Positions 1 to 9,282 of a stretch of 32,000 bases of DNA are shown piece by piece. Position 1 is the first letter of the stretch. Each line of letters opens with the position of its first letter. The stretch is from contig NC_007484.1 in assembly GCF_000012805.1 (NCBI RefSeq), forward strand, positions 2,340,001-2,372,000, written 5' to 3'. The stretch is from Nitrosococcus oceani ATCC 19707 (GTDB lineage Bacteria > Pseudomonadota > Gammaproteobacteria > Nitrosococcales > Nitrosococcaceae). Both the position numbers and the translations under genes were made by a program. The notes beneath the pieces were generated by a model. It did not search any database and was not told the DNA's origin. It was given only the letters and a program-made list of their open reading frames with translations.

Positions 1-147
1 GCTGCAGTTTTTAGATAAAACCGTTGATTATACAATAATACATAAACCTACAAGCCAAATAACCTGAACCAAGTACAACGCGGCAGGAAGTGGGAGTATG
101 AAATCAGAGTCATTTTTTCGTCAGTTCTAATTCCTGTTGCAACAACC

Positions 148-1125
148 TTAAAGACTCAGGTAATGGACACTGAACAAATCCTCCCGATCAGTCCAAACTT
201 GCTGTGGTTGGAACCCTGCTGAACTCGCCAGTTGTTGGAATTCTTCAATACTGTATTTATAGGAATTTTCCGTATGAAGCGTTTCCCCAGCCTGGAATTG
301 GAAGGTTTGATTGTTTACCGTCACCGCCTGGTCTTTAAGGCTGACCAAGTGCATTTCCACTCGCCCCTCAGCAGAATTATAAAGGGCATGATGCTCAAAG
401 CCGGTCAGATCGAAATTCCCTTCCAGTTCCCGGTTAATGCGCTGCAACAGGTTTAGATTAAAAGCCGCCGTAATACCCTGGTTATCGTTATAGGCGGCAT
501 TGAGCAGGGCGGCCTCTTTCTTTAAATCCACGCCGATAAGCAAGCCGCTCCCCGGCCCTAGCAAAGCTGCTATCCGCGTCAGAAATTGGCGGGCTTCTTC
601 AGGCTCGAAGTTACCAATACTTGAGCCTGGAAAAAATCCTGCTTTAGGCTTTTCGGCGAACCCCCCGGGCAATCCCAAGGGCTGGCTATAATCTGCGCAG
701 ACGGCGTGGATAGCCACCCCGGGATAATCCCCGGCCAGCCGCTTAGCGGCATGGAATAGATGCTCACGGGAAATATCAATGGGTAAATAGGCTGCTGGCT
801 CCAAGGCATCGAGAAGAACGCGGATCTTGAGACTACTCCCGCTGCCAAACTCTACCAGCACACTGCCCTCGCCTATATATTCCGCCATTTCCGCCCCATA
901 GTGCTTAAGTAACTGAATTTCAGTGCGAGTAGGATAATACTCAGGCAATTGGCAGATAGCATCAAAGAGGCGGGAGCCCTTTTCATCGTAAAAGTACTTA
1001 GGGGGAATCCGGCGCTGGCTTTTAGTTAATCCAGAGAGAACATCTTCCCGAAACCGCGCTTGCGCCGGCCGATAGTCATGGAAAGCAGGTTCACCCCGCT
1101 TCTGGCTAGAGAGGACAGAATTCAT
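148..1125 (-). CDS. egtD: L-histidine N(alpha)-methyltransferase, ergothioneine biosynthesis (EgtD)
   Basis: 325-aa ORF. It has the YFYDxxGSxLFxxIxxLPEYYPTRTE N-terminal motif and a VEFGSGSSxK SAM-binding loop typical of EgtD/Methyltransf_33. Its ATG overlaps the egtB stop (ATGA at 1122-1125). Confidence 0.85.
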   Translation of the reverse strand: MNSVLSSQKRGEPAFHDYRPAQARFREDVLSGLTKSQRRIPPKYFYDEKGSRLFDAICQLPEYYPTRTEIQLLKHYGAEMAEYIGEGSVLVEFGSGSSLKIRVLLDALEPAAYLPIDISREHLFHAAKRLAGDYPGVAIHAVCADYSQPLGLPGGFAEKPKAGFFPGSSIGNFEPEEARQFLTRIAALLGPGSGLLIGVDLKKEAALLNAAYNDNQGITAAFNLNLLQRINRELEGNFDLTGFEHHALYNSAEGRVEMHLVSLKDQAVTVNNQTFQFQAGETLHTENSYKYSIEEFQQLASSAGFQPQQVWTDREDLFSVHYLSL

Positions 1126-2435
1126 ACATCATCCGCTAATCGAAGGCCCGTAAATTGCCAACGGGCGTGGGGAGGGAAAAAATTGCGATAGGAAGCACGC
1201 AAATGCTCAGATGAGCTGATACAGGAACCACCTCGTAAAACCATTTGATTACACATAAATTTTCCATTGTATTCACCAATAGCTCCCTCGGAAGGCTGAT
1301 AACCAGGATAGGGCGCATAGGGACTCCCGGTCCATTCCCAGACATCCCCAAACATTTGAACCGGGGTAGGGGCTGCTGGAGGCGCGGGTAAGGGCTGTAA
1401 GGCCCCTGACTCCAAAAAATTACCCCGACATGGCAGCGTTCGCGCCACGATTTCCCATTCAGCCTCTGTAGGCAGCCGATAACCTGCCCAGCGGGCATAG
1501 GCGTCAGCTTCATAATAGCTCAGATGACATACGGGAGCCTCTTTCTGAACAGGTTGCATCCCATGGAGAGTCATTTGCCACCAACCTTCGCCCTGCTGCT
1601 CCCAATACAATGGCGCCTGCCAACCTTCTTGCCGCACCGTATGCCAACCCTCAGAAAGCCAGTAGCGAGGTTCTCGATATCCTCCCGCCGCCATAAAGGC
1701 TAGATATTCCCTGTTGGTCACGAGGCGCGAAGCGAGGCGAAAATCGCGCAAGTAAACAAGATGATTAGGACTTTCATTATCGTAGGCAAAACCTTCTCCG
1801 GAATACCCCAAGGCATGCAGTCCTCCCTTGTAGTCATACCATTCTAGGCTGCCATTCTTTCTTGCTCCCTTGAATTGAGGGACAACCCCCTCCTGGTAGG
1901 CGGGACGGAGTGGGTTGGTGGCAAAGATATGTTTAAGATCAGTCAAGAGCAATTCTTGGTGTTGTTGCTCATGGTTAAGTCCTAATTCTATCAAGGAGGC
2001 AACAGACGGCCACTTCTCCGCTTCCAAATTCTCTGCTAGGCGCACCATGTTCTTATCCACATGGTGGCGATAGGCATAGACCTCGGCTACCGTGGGACGA
2101 GATAACAGCCCTCGTTGCGGGCGAGGCCAGAACTGACCCACGGTCTCATAGTAAGAGTTAAACAAATAACTATAGGCCGGATGGAAGGGTTGATAGCCCT
2201 TGAATTTAGGGATCAAAATAAAGTTTTCAAAAAACCAACTGCTATGGGCTAAATGCCATTTGGGCGGGCTGACATCCGGCATAGTCTGAATCACATAGTC
2301 CTCGTCCACCAAAGGCTGACATAAGGTCTCACTGAGCTGGCGTACCTGACGGTAGCGCCTCATAAAAGTGAACCCTTCCTCCCTAGTGTCCGGCGCTATT
2401 TCTTTTAACTCCACTGCATCCTGGCTCGGTATCAT
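1122..2435 (-). CDS. egtB: Ergothioneine biosynthesis sulfoxide synthase EgtB (DinB-like plus FGE-sulfatase-like domains)
   Basis: 437-aa ORF. The DinB-type N-domain carries an HxxxHxE iron motif (NHEQQHQE). The C-terminal FGE-like domain carries GDVWEWT and RGGS. It is translationally coupled to egtD. Confidence 0.85.
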   Translation of the reverse strand: MIPSQDAVELKEIAPDTREEGFTFMRRYRQVRQLSETLCQPLVDEDYVIQTMPDVSPPKWHLAHSSWFFENFILIPKFKGYQPFHPAYSYLFNSYYETVGQFWPRPQRGLLSRPTVAEVYAYRHHVDKNMVRLAENLEAEKWPSVASLIELGLNHEQQHQELLLTDLKHIFATNPLRPAYQEGVVPQFKGARKNGSLEWYDYKGGLHALGYSGEGFAYDNESPNHLVYLRDFRLASRLVTNREYLAFMAAGGYREPRYWLSEGWHTVRQEGWQAPLYWEQQGEGWWQMTLHGMQPVQKEAPVCHLSYYEADAYARWAGYRLPTEAEWEIVARTLPCRGNFLESGALQPLPAPPAAPTPVQMFGDVWEWTGSPYAPYPGYQPSEGAIGEYNGKFMCNQMVLRGGSCISSSEHLRASYRNFFPPHARWQFTGLRLADDV

Positions 2436-2828
2436 CGTTTTTCTCCCAGGCTATTCGACTGACTTATGGATAGGAGTGTAATCTATGGCGTCCCAAGCCG
2501 CAAAACCGCCTCACCTTACCTCTATTTGGAAGCTAGCGCTAACTACTTGCCCGTCCGGTGGTACCTGGGCCCTTACGCGCTGCCTACCAAATATTAAAAA
2601 CGCAGACTATCTCCTCCGAGTTAGAACCGAACCCCACCGGAAGTTTTGCAATATTGAGCAACTCTTAACGACTACTAAAGATGAAGAGAAGCATCGGCAA
2701 ACCCGAAAAAAGCTCAGCTACTTAACTATTGGCGAAAATAGTAACCACCCAGAAAGCTTCCAATGATCTCCGCATAAAACGACACTGCTATGAAAAACTG
2801 AAACAACATCTGAAGCTTAAAATAGTCA

Positions 2829-3167
2829 TCATTTTTTATCTTTCCCTGGCGTATGCAGAGACGAGGGAAAGAAAGCCACATTAGTGTCGGCATTCGTGGC
2901 TTCGGTAATTTTATTGATTCCCTCCTTGTCCACTTCATCGATACGTAAGATAGTATGAAGAGGAATATAAGTTCGTTTTACTCCAGCGAACTCCGCTTTC
3001 AATTGCTCCTCGGAAGGATCGACAAGTACCGCCGATTTTTCGTCAAAGATGATTTCGCCAAGCTCGACAAACCCGTACATGGTGCTTTGCCCCACCTCCC
3101 GGGCAAAAAGCTCATAGAGCTTGCCTTGACTAATAAATTTGATTTTATAAACTCGTTTTCTAGCCAC
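2829..3167 (-). CDS. DUF1820 family protein
   Basis: 112-aa ORF. The pattern YKIxFxxQGKxYELxAREV ... VDPSEEQLKAEFAGVKRTYIPLHTILRIDEV matches my recollection of the conserved gammaproteobacterial DUF1820 family. Confidence 0.55.
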   Translation of the reverse strand: MARKRVYKIKFISQGKLYELFAREVGQSTMYGFVELGEIIFDEKSAVLVDPSEEQLKAEFAGVKRTYIPLHTILRIDEVDKEGINKITEATNADTNVAFFPSSLHTPGKDKK

Positions 3168-3269
3168 TAATTGTAATATCCCCGCATTTAAATGGCATTT
3201 TAATATCTACGCTCACAAATAGGTTTTTGCGTATTACATTTTTTGACGACATTGGAATTAAATATGGAT

Positions 3270-3562
3270 GTTTAAGGACCCCCTAGCGAGCGTGCGAAGT
3301 GAAAGCGTGAGAAGTGACAAACCAACAGAGGCCAAGGAAACCCCTTCGCCGAAGGCTGCGAGGAACTTCGAATTCTCTAGGCTAATAACATTTTGTAGGA
3401 ACAAAATAATTGCTATTAGTCATAGCGAAACTCCAAACTACAAACCAAACACGTTGGCGAAATATCGCGGACATTACCACACATAAAAGTCCAGGATAAT
3501 TTCTGAAAATATAGGCTTTTATTCACGCCGTCCACACCGATGCCCCTGCCTGCGTTTAACGT
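3270..3562 (-). ncRNA. Possible relic of the right-end / omega (reRNA) scaffold of the decayed IS200/IS605 element
   Basis: This stretch lies directly 3' of the tnpB relic on the minus strand, which is where TnpB guide-RNA scaffolds are encoded. It contains a small hairpin (CCTTC-GCC-GAAGG, about 3344-3356) and a tandem 15-mer (3289-3318). No covariance-model check was possible. Confidence 0.2.
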
Positions 3563-4047
3563 CTAGCCTGAGCCTGTCCCGACGGTACCTGTTAAATTGA
3601 TGATAGCCTTAAGGTCGCTATCTATCGTTAAGTCACACCCACAGGCTAATTCCCTATCCGCGAGCGTTAGAGCGTGCAGTTGGCTGCAATCTGAGCGTAG
3701 CTTGCTGGAGGGGAAGCATCTATCCACCAACTCAACCGTGCAGCCACGCAGATAGAGTTTATACTCAATAATTGGTCAGCCTCCCAAACCCCACATCCGC
3801 GATATCTCGCGCCAACTTGTGGTTCCTGACCATGCCCTTAACGTTTAGATCTTCCAAGGCAATTCCCTCATAGCCCGCCGTGAGTTGATAAGCTCAACTC
3901 ATGAAGTGCGGCTTTCCCCTGGCGGACTAACCAGGAGTGCAGCAGGACTAACCGCTTTTTGGCCTTCCCTCGGCGATTGGAAACTTTTTGCTTCCTGGAG
4001 AGGTGGCGGCTCATCCGTTGCAGCCGCTTAAGACTTCTTTTGAGTCT
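3563..4047 (-). pseudogene. tnpB: TnpB (IS200/IS605-family OrfB, RuvC-like nuclease) C-terminal relic, frameshifted
   Basis: Minus-strand translation gives three pieces in three different frames. They are KRLQRMSRHLSRKQKVSNRRGKAKKRLVLLH, then AGYEGIALEDLNVKGMVRNHKLARDIADVGFG, then EYKLYLRGCTVELVDRCFPSSKLRSDCSQLHALTLADRELACGCDLTIDSDLKAIINLTGTVGTGSG*. An upstream stop lies near 4048. The N-terminal half is missing, and the zinc-finger Cys and the DRD motif are degraded. Confidence 0.75.
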
Positions 4048-4401
4048 CTACACTTATAACGCCAATTGCCTTTGATTATACCCCTTTTGCTGCGGACAGC
4101 ACTCCGACACATCTTAGGATAGCCCATACACAAACGATTACAAATCTATACTACAGCACCAATGCCATTATTTTAATAACCGAAGACGTATACAATATAT
4201 GTATGGTACTGTACGTAAAGATGGCCTTGGGCCTGATTTCACAGCTCTATCTATCAACTGTTCCTCTCTTAGTCACCCAGCACCTGCCCTTACCATGAAA
4301 AAGATTGCCTGACAAATAAGTACGAATTTTTAAAAATTTAGCTAAAAAAGTCGATATAATAGTGACAATTTCATCACCGAACAAAGGCATACGAAAAGTA
4401 T

Positions 4402-5358
4402 ATGCAAGGCGTATTCCTTGATCAAGATACGCTCCATCCGGCCGACCTTGACTTTTCGCCCCTGGAAGCGATTATCTCGCAGTGGAAATACTATGAGACC
4501 AGTTCCACTGCAAGCGAAATCATCGATCGTATCCGGCAAGCTACCATTGCTGTTACTAACAAAATTGCCCTGACCGGTTCAATATTAAAGCAAGCTCCTC
4601 ATTTACAACTAGTCTGCATCGCAGCAACGGGAACCAACAATGTGGACTTGGAGGCGGCCCGCCGCCTAGGGATTGCAGTCTGCAATGTCCGAGGCTACTG
4701 TACTGCCTCTGTAGTGGAACATGTTTTCGCATTAATTTTAGCGCTTACCCGGCGTCTTGCCGCCACTAGCCACGCAGCCACCACTGGCGCCTGGCAGTAC
4801 AGTCCTCATTTTACGGTACCGGACTTTCCTTGCCGGGAACTTGCAGGAAAAACCTTCGGGATTGTGGGTTATGGTGAGCTGGGCCAGGCAGTCGCTCGGA
4901 TCGCCAAGGCATTTGGGATGACTGTACTTATAGCACAACGATCGAATACTCCTAATAGGCCAGGTCGTATCCCTCTCAAAGACCTGCTTCCCCTGGTGGA
5001 TATCCTCAGCCTCCATTGCCCCCTTACTCCGGAAACCACCGGTTTAATCGGCCCAAACGAATTGGCTTCAATGCGCTCCGATGCGCTGCTCATTAACGCT
5101 GCTCGGGGCGGGATCGTAAATGAGCAGGCGCTCGCTGATGCCCTGCGTAGGGGACACCTTGGAGGCGCGGGAGTAGATGTATTGAGCCAAGAGCCTCCCC
5201 GGCACGGCAACCCTTTATTAGCACCGGATATTCCCAATCTTATTCTCACTCCTCATGTGGCTTGGAACAGCCGTGAGGCGCGTCAGTACCTTCTCACCCA
5301 AGTTGCCAAAAATATCCGTAGTTTTCTCGCTGGAGAACCCCGTAATTTAGTCAGCTAA
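4402..5358 (+). CDS. D-isomer-specific 2-hydroxyacid dehydrogenase (glycerate dehydrogenase / hydroxypyruvate reductase-like)
   Basis: 318-aa ORF. It has a GIVGYGELGQAVA NAD-binding GxGxxG loop. The catalytic triad context is NAARG (Arg), VDVLSQEP (Glu) and TPHVAW (His). Confidence 0.8.
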   Translation: MQGVFLDQDTLHPADLDFSPLEAIISQWKYYETSSTASEIIDRIRQATIAVTNKIALTGSILKQAPHLQLVCIAATGTNNVDLEAARRLGIAVCNVRGYCTASVVEHVFALILALTRRLAATSHAATTGAWQYSPHFTVPDFPCRELAGKTFGIVGYGELGQAVARIAKAFGMTVLIAQRSNTPNRPGRIPLKDLLPLVDILSLHCPLTPETTGLIGPNELASMRSDALLINAARGGIVNEQALADALRRGHLGGAGVDVLSQEPPRHGNPLLAPDIPNLILTPHVAWNSREARQYLLTQVAKNIRSFLAGEPRNLVS

Positions 5359-6384
5359 TAAGCGTTAATTTCGGCTATTGGCAACCTATTCGATGCCTTC
5401 CTTCCTAAGTTTACGCCGCTTAAGGGGCAGGGAAACAAATCGCCTAACATTCCTGCCAGAGGATCAAAAGCAGCGTTGGATTTCAGGCTATTTAAAAGCA
5501 GAGTCAAAGGATCGCCAGCCCGCATGCTACCGCCATTGGCAATGCGATTGTCCGATAAAAATAGCTCCCAATAATTAGGGCTAAAAATCCCCGTGGGGCA
5601 ATCGGGAAGACGGGTATCAAGGATTTTAGTAACAAAAACATCGATTGAACCCGCTAAGGCTGGTTGCAAGGGATTAAGGATGGGAAAATCAGGGGAAGAA
5701 GTCCATCCCGTGACATAGGCATTCCCCCCACGGTCCACCGCGATGCCTCGACCCCGTTCATCACAGCAGCCGCCGAGATAAGTGGCATAAACAAGATGAC
5801 CATCAGGGCTGAGTTTGGCAATAAAAGCATCGCTTGAACCGTTATTAGCATGGCCAGGTTGGGGCTGAGCAGCGTTTAAAATGGGAAAGCTTACCGAGCT
5901 GCTCCAGCCGGTCACATAGGCATGGCCTTCCGTATCCGCAGCGATACTACTACCTATATCTACAAACTCCTTACCTCCCAAATAAGGCTTTTCCCCGGAA
6001 ATAGTTGATTTTACCAGGCAACGACTCCAGGCCGGAGATGCGAGGCGCGGTATTGGCTCCCACCAGCTGCATCCTCAGGAGCACACTGTTGGAGTTTTCG
6101 ACATTTTTATCCGGGGATTCTGGGGAAAACCGATGCAAGGCCAGCACCGCTTCGGTAGCAGTTAAAAAGAGCTGGTAGCCAGAACCCCGGGAAAGGAATT
6201 TAACCACGGAATCGGTTTGCCCTTGGTTGGGCTCAAAACTCAGGGGCGTTCGGCCGTAGGTGCTGGCAACGCTAGCTCCCTTTAAGGCAGGTGGCATATT
6301 CTCTGCTGGCTGCTCAACAAGGCCGCTGGCTGGCAAACCGCCCAAGGGCGCAGCGGTAGCGCTACCGAGCCAGACTACCGCCAC
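5355..6384 (-). pseudogene. SBBP (beta-propeller) repeat secreted protein, split and probably degraded
   Basis: Two adjacent minus-strand ORFs lie in different frames (5971-6384 and 5355-5981). The upstream part has the family N-terminus PLSFEPNQGQTDxxVKFLSRGSGYQLFLT...INYFRG. The downstream part has SBBP repeats (AYVTGWTSSPDFPILNPLQP). The segment normally between them is missing. The 5' end has only a GTG start just after an in-frame TAA, and there is no signal peptide. Confidence 0.55.
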
Positions 6385-6641
6385 CGCTATAATTTAAGGC
6401 TTTCTCCATCAATGTGATAATCACAAATAAACCGGAACCTTCTTCTTGAACGTCCATATACTTGTCCGTTTCCCAAAAACATGTAAGGTAATAGGTAATG
6501 AAAAGTTTCAACACTCATCCAATATGGTACCCAATGCTATTTTTAAAGATTCGGTTGCTACCTGCGTAAAGCCTTAGTGTAGTTGACCATTCTTTGTTGG
6601 CCATTCTTTAAAGTAGCTGCTGCAATCTTAAAAAAAGAGTG

Positions 6642-7574
6642 TTAGCGGGAAGTAAAGAAATCTCGCGCCACGCCGCAATCCCTCTCAATTTGCTGGCCCA
6701 GGGCAGCGAGAGATTCAAAACATTTTTCTGGGCGCAATTGGCGCAGGAAATCCACCTGAAGGTAACGGCCATAAATATCCCTCTCAAAATCCAACAGATG
6801 GACTTCCAAGAGGGCGCGGCGGCCACCAATGGTAGGCCGCACACCCACATTAGCAACCCCCGGCAGCGGTTCATTATCTAGTCCATAGACCTCCACTGCA
6901 AAAACACCCGTAAGAGGCATCCGGTGGCGCCGTAAGGCAATATTTGCCGTGGGGAATCCCAACGTTCGGCCTCGTTTGTCACCTTGAATGACACGTCCGC
7001 TCATACGATAGGGCCGCCCGAGGAGCTGCTCCGCCCTGCTTAAATTGCCCTGGGCTAGTGCTTGGCGGATACGCGTACTACTGACCCGCGCTCCCTCCAC
7101 ACACAGAGCGGGCATGGGAGCGACTTCAAAACCATAATATTTTCCCGCTCTTTGCAATAGCGTCAAATTACCGCGACGATCCCGCCCGAAACAAAAATCC
7201 TTCCCCGCAACGAGATAACGGAGTCTTAGCCTTTCCACCAGCACCATACGGATAAAGTCAGCGGCTTCCATGCGTGCAAGGAACGAGTTGAAGCGCAGGC
7301 AAAGCATCCAATCTACCGGCTGAGCACGGAGGATTTCAAATTTCTCCCGAAATTGAGTCAGCCTTGCAGGCGCCTTTGCAGGAGCGAGAAATTCACTAGG
7401 AGGCGGTTCAAAGGTAATGAGCAGCGATGGCCGTTGAAGTTCCGCAGCTTTGGCGGCCAATTGACGCAGTACGGCCTGATGCCCCAAATGAAGCCCATCA
7501 AAATTGCCAATAGTAGCAACACCGCTTTGTTGGTGGGATTGCAGGTTGTATAAACCCCTAATGAGCTTGCTCAT
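6642..7574 (-). CDS. ribF: Bifunctional riboflavin kinase / FAD synthetase
   Basis: It has the GNFDGLHLGHQ nucleotidyltransferase motif and a C-terminal riboflavin kinase domain (GFPTANI, LEVHLLDF). The start was moved to ATG 7574 (MSKLIRG), 15 codons inside the maximal ORF. Confidence 0.9.
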   Translation of the reverse strand: MSKLIRGLYNLQSHQQSGVATIGNFDGLHLGHQAVLRQLAAKAAELQRPSLLITFEPPPSEFLAPAKAPARLTQFREKFEILRAQPVDWMLCLRFNSFLARMEAADFIRMVLVERLRLRYLVAGKDFCFGRDRRGNLTLLQRAGKYYGFEVAPMPALCVEGARVSSTRIRQALAQGNLSRAEQLLGRPYRMSGRVIQGDKRGRTLGFPTANIALRRHRMPLTGVFAVEVYGLDNEPLPGVANVGVRPTIGGRRALLEVHLLDFERDIYGRYLQVDFLRQLRPEKCFESLAALGQQIERDCGVARDFFTSR

Positions 7575-7719
7575 AGCCTCGGCCCCAATGACAAAATACA
7601 GCGCAGCCTCTGCCCGCAATGAGGTCTAAGCAGATATAAAATAGGATTTATCATTTGGTTGACCCCTGAACCAGCCTACGTTAGGTTAGCAGATTTTTCC
7701 CACAGACACTTTTTGAGCA

Positions 7720-7953
7720 ATGCCAAAGCGTAATAAACTTGATTTTGAATCCGCCCTTGCTGAGCTAGAAACTTTAGTTTCACGCATGGAGCAAGGCGAA
7801 GTGAGTTTAGAAGAGTCCCTGCGTCTATACGAGCGGGGGGTCAAACTGTCCCAGCTTTGCCAAGAAACGCTGCGCGATGCTGAACAAAAAGTGCAAATTT
7901 TGCAGCAGAAACAGGGAAAAGAACAAATAAACGACTTTCCCAACGAGGAATAG
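7720..7953 (+). CDS. xseB: Exodeoxyribonuclease VII small subunit
   Basis: 77-aa ORF with FExALxELExxVxxMExGxxSLEESLxLYERGxxL. It sits immediately upstream of ispA, as in many gammaproteobacteria. Confidence 0.9.
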   Translation: MPKRNKLDFESALAELETLVSRMEQGEVSLEESLRLYERGVKLSQLCQETLRDAEQKVQILQQKQGKEQINDFPNEE

Positions 7954-7954
7954 C

Positions 7955-8845
7955 ATGTCATCCACTGATGATTGGGTCAACGCCTTGCAGGCGCGTGCCG
8001 AGCGGGCGCTAGAAAAAACCCTCCCCCCAGCGAATAATCCACCGAAACGATTACACGAGGCGATGCGTTACGCAGTCTTGGGAGGAGGCAAACGGCTTCG
8101 GCCACTATTAACCTACAGCGCAGGGATAGCCTTGGGAGTTTCTGAAGCGGTGCTGGATGCACCTGCAAGCGCGGTAGAACTCATCCATGCTTACTCCCTG
8201 GTCCATGACGACCTACCCAGCATGGATAATGATAGCCTACGGCGCGGTCATCCTACTTGTCACAAGGCTTTTGGCGAAACTACCGCTTTACTGGCAGGGG
8301 ATGCTCTCCAGGCCTTAGCTTTCCGCACACTGGCAGAACCCACCTCCGCTATTCCGGCTAAAAATCAAATTAATATGCTAGAATTATTAGCGGAAGCGGC
8401 AGGCTCTCGCGGAATGGCGGGAGGCCAGGCCATTGATCTGGATTCGGTGGGCGTGCAGCTAACGCTTTCCGAGATGGAAACCATGCACCGGCTCAAAACC
8501 GGGGCGCTGATTCGCGCTAGTGTCCTATTGGGGGCTTGGTGTCACCCAGAGATAACTCAAGATACATTAGAAAACCTTGACCGTTTTGCCCAATGCATTG
8601 GACTAGCCTTCCAAATCCAGGATGATGTGCTTGATGTGGAGAGCGATACCGCCACCCTAGGTAAACCCCAAGGTTCGGACAAGGCCCAGGATAAACCGAC
8701 CTATCCCTCTCTGCTCGGCTTAACCCAAGCCAAGGCTAGAGCCCAAAGCCTGCTGGAGGATGCTCGCCAAACCTTACGGGCAATCGATGCCCCCACAGAA
8801 CATTTGGAATGGTTAGCGGACTTTATCGTCAAACGCCGTCATTAA
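7955..8845 (+). CDS. ispA: (2E,6E)-farnesyl diphosphate synthase
   Basis: 296-aa ORF. The first Asp-rich motif is LVHDDLPSMDNDSLRRG and the second is FQIQDDVLD. Its start lies 1 nt after the xseB stop. Confidence 0.9.
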   Translation: MSSTDDWVNALQARAERALEKTLPPANNPPKRLHEAMRYAVLGGGKRLRPLLTYSAGIALGVSEAVLDAPASAVELIHAYSLVHDDLPSMDNDSLRRGHPTCHKAFGETTALLAGDALQALAFRTLAEPTSAIPAKNQINMLELLAEAAGSRGMAGGQAIDLDSVGVQLTLSEMETMHRLKTGALIRASVLLGAWCHPEITQDTLENLDRFAQCIGLAFQIQDDVLDVESDTATLGKPQGSDKAQDKPTYPSLLGLTQAKARAQSLLEDARQTLRAIDAPTEHLEWLADFIVKRRH

Positions 8846-8896
8846 TCACTTCTGCTTTGTCAGTATGACGATGTCCTAGTATACTCAGAATCAGCG

Positions 8897-9280
8897 ATGG
8901 CAATCACATATACCCTTAAAATTATTACCGATTTTTCCTCAGCTCACACTCTCCGCGACTATCCTGGGGAGTGCCGCCGCATGCACGGGCACAATTGGAA
9001 ACTAGAAGTGGAGGTCACTGCCCAAGCATTAGATCAGCAAGGTATGGTCATGGACTTTAAAGACATCAAGGAAAGTGCGCGGGAATTATGCGCTCAACTT
9101 GACCATCGTTACCTAAATGATATCTCCCCCTTTGACCTGATCAATCCTACCGCTGAAAATTTAGCGGCTTTTTTTTACCGTGGCCTAAGCAAACAGCTTA
9201 ATAACGAACGAGCGCGGGTAAGCGCCATTACCCTGTGGGAGACTGAGCGTGCCTGCGTACGTTATACAGAGGATCAATAA
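8897..9280 (+). CDS. queD: 6-carboxy-5,6,7,8-tetrahydropterin synthase
   Basis: 127-aa ORF of the PTPS fold. The Cx3HGH motif ([10 protein letters not shown]) is diagnostic of QueD rather than eukaryote-type PTPS. Confidence 0.85.
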   Translation: MAITYTLKIITDFSSAHTLRDYPGECRRMHGHNWKLEVEVTAQALDQQGMVMDFKDIKESARELCAQLDHRYLNDISPFDLINPTAENLAAFFYRGLSKQLNNERARVSAITLWETERACVRYTEDQ

Positions 9281-9282
9281 CA

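Noticed and set aside
2436-2828. Riboswitch or small RNA in the 393-nt region upstream of egtB, and the 93-aa ORF at 2485-2766
   Set aside because: Only short 4-5-bp stems are found, and I could recognise no SAM or other riboswitch consensus. The ORF has no SD, an odd composition and no recognisable family. It is most simply a promoter/terminator spacer.
3268-3486. 72-aa plus-strand ORF next to the TnpB relic
   Set aside because: It overlaps the putative IS right-end region, has no SD and has low-complexity content. It is more likely non-coding.
4180-4400. AT-rich palindromes (ACGTA...TACGT, TTTTTAAAAA) and TATAAT at 4355-4360 upstream of the dehydrogenase
   Set aside because: This is plausibly just the promoter region. 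No convincing -35 lies at proper spacing, and I recognise no regulator site, so it is not called as a feature.
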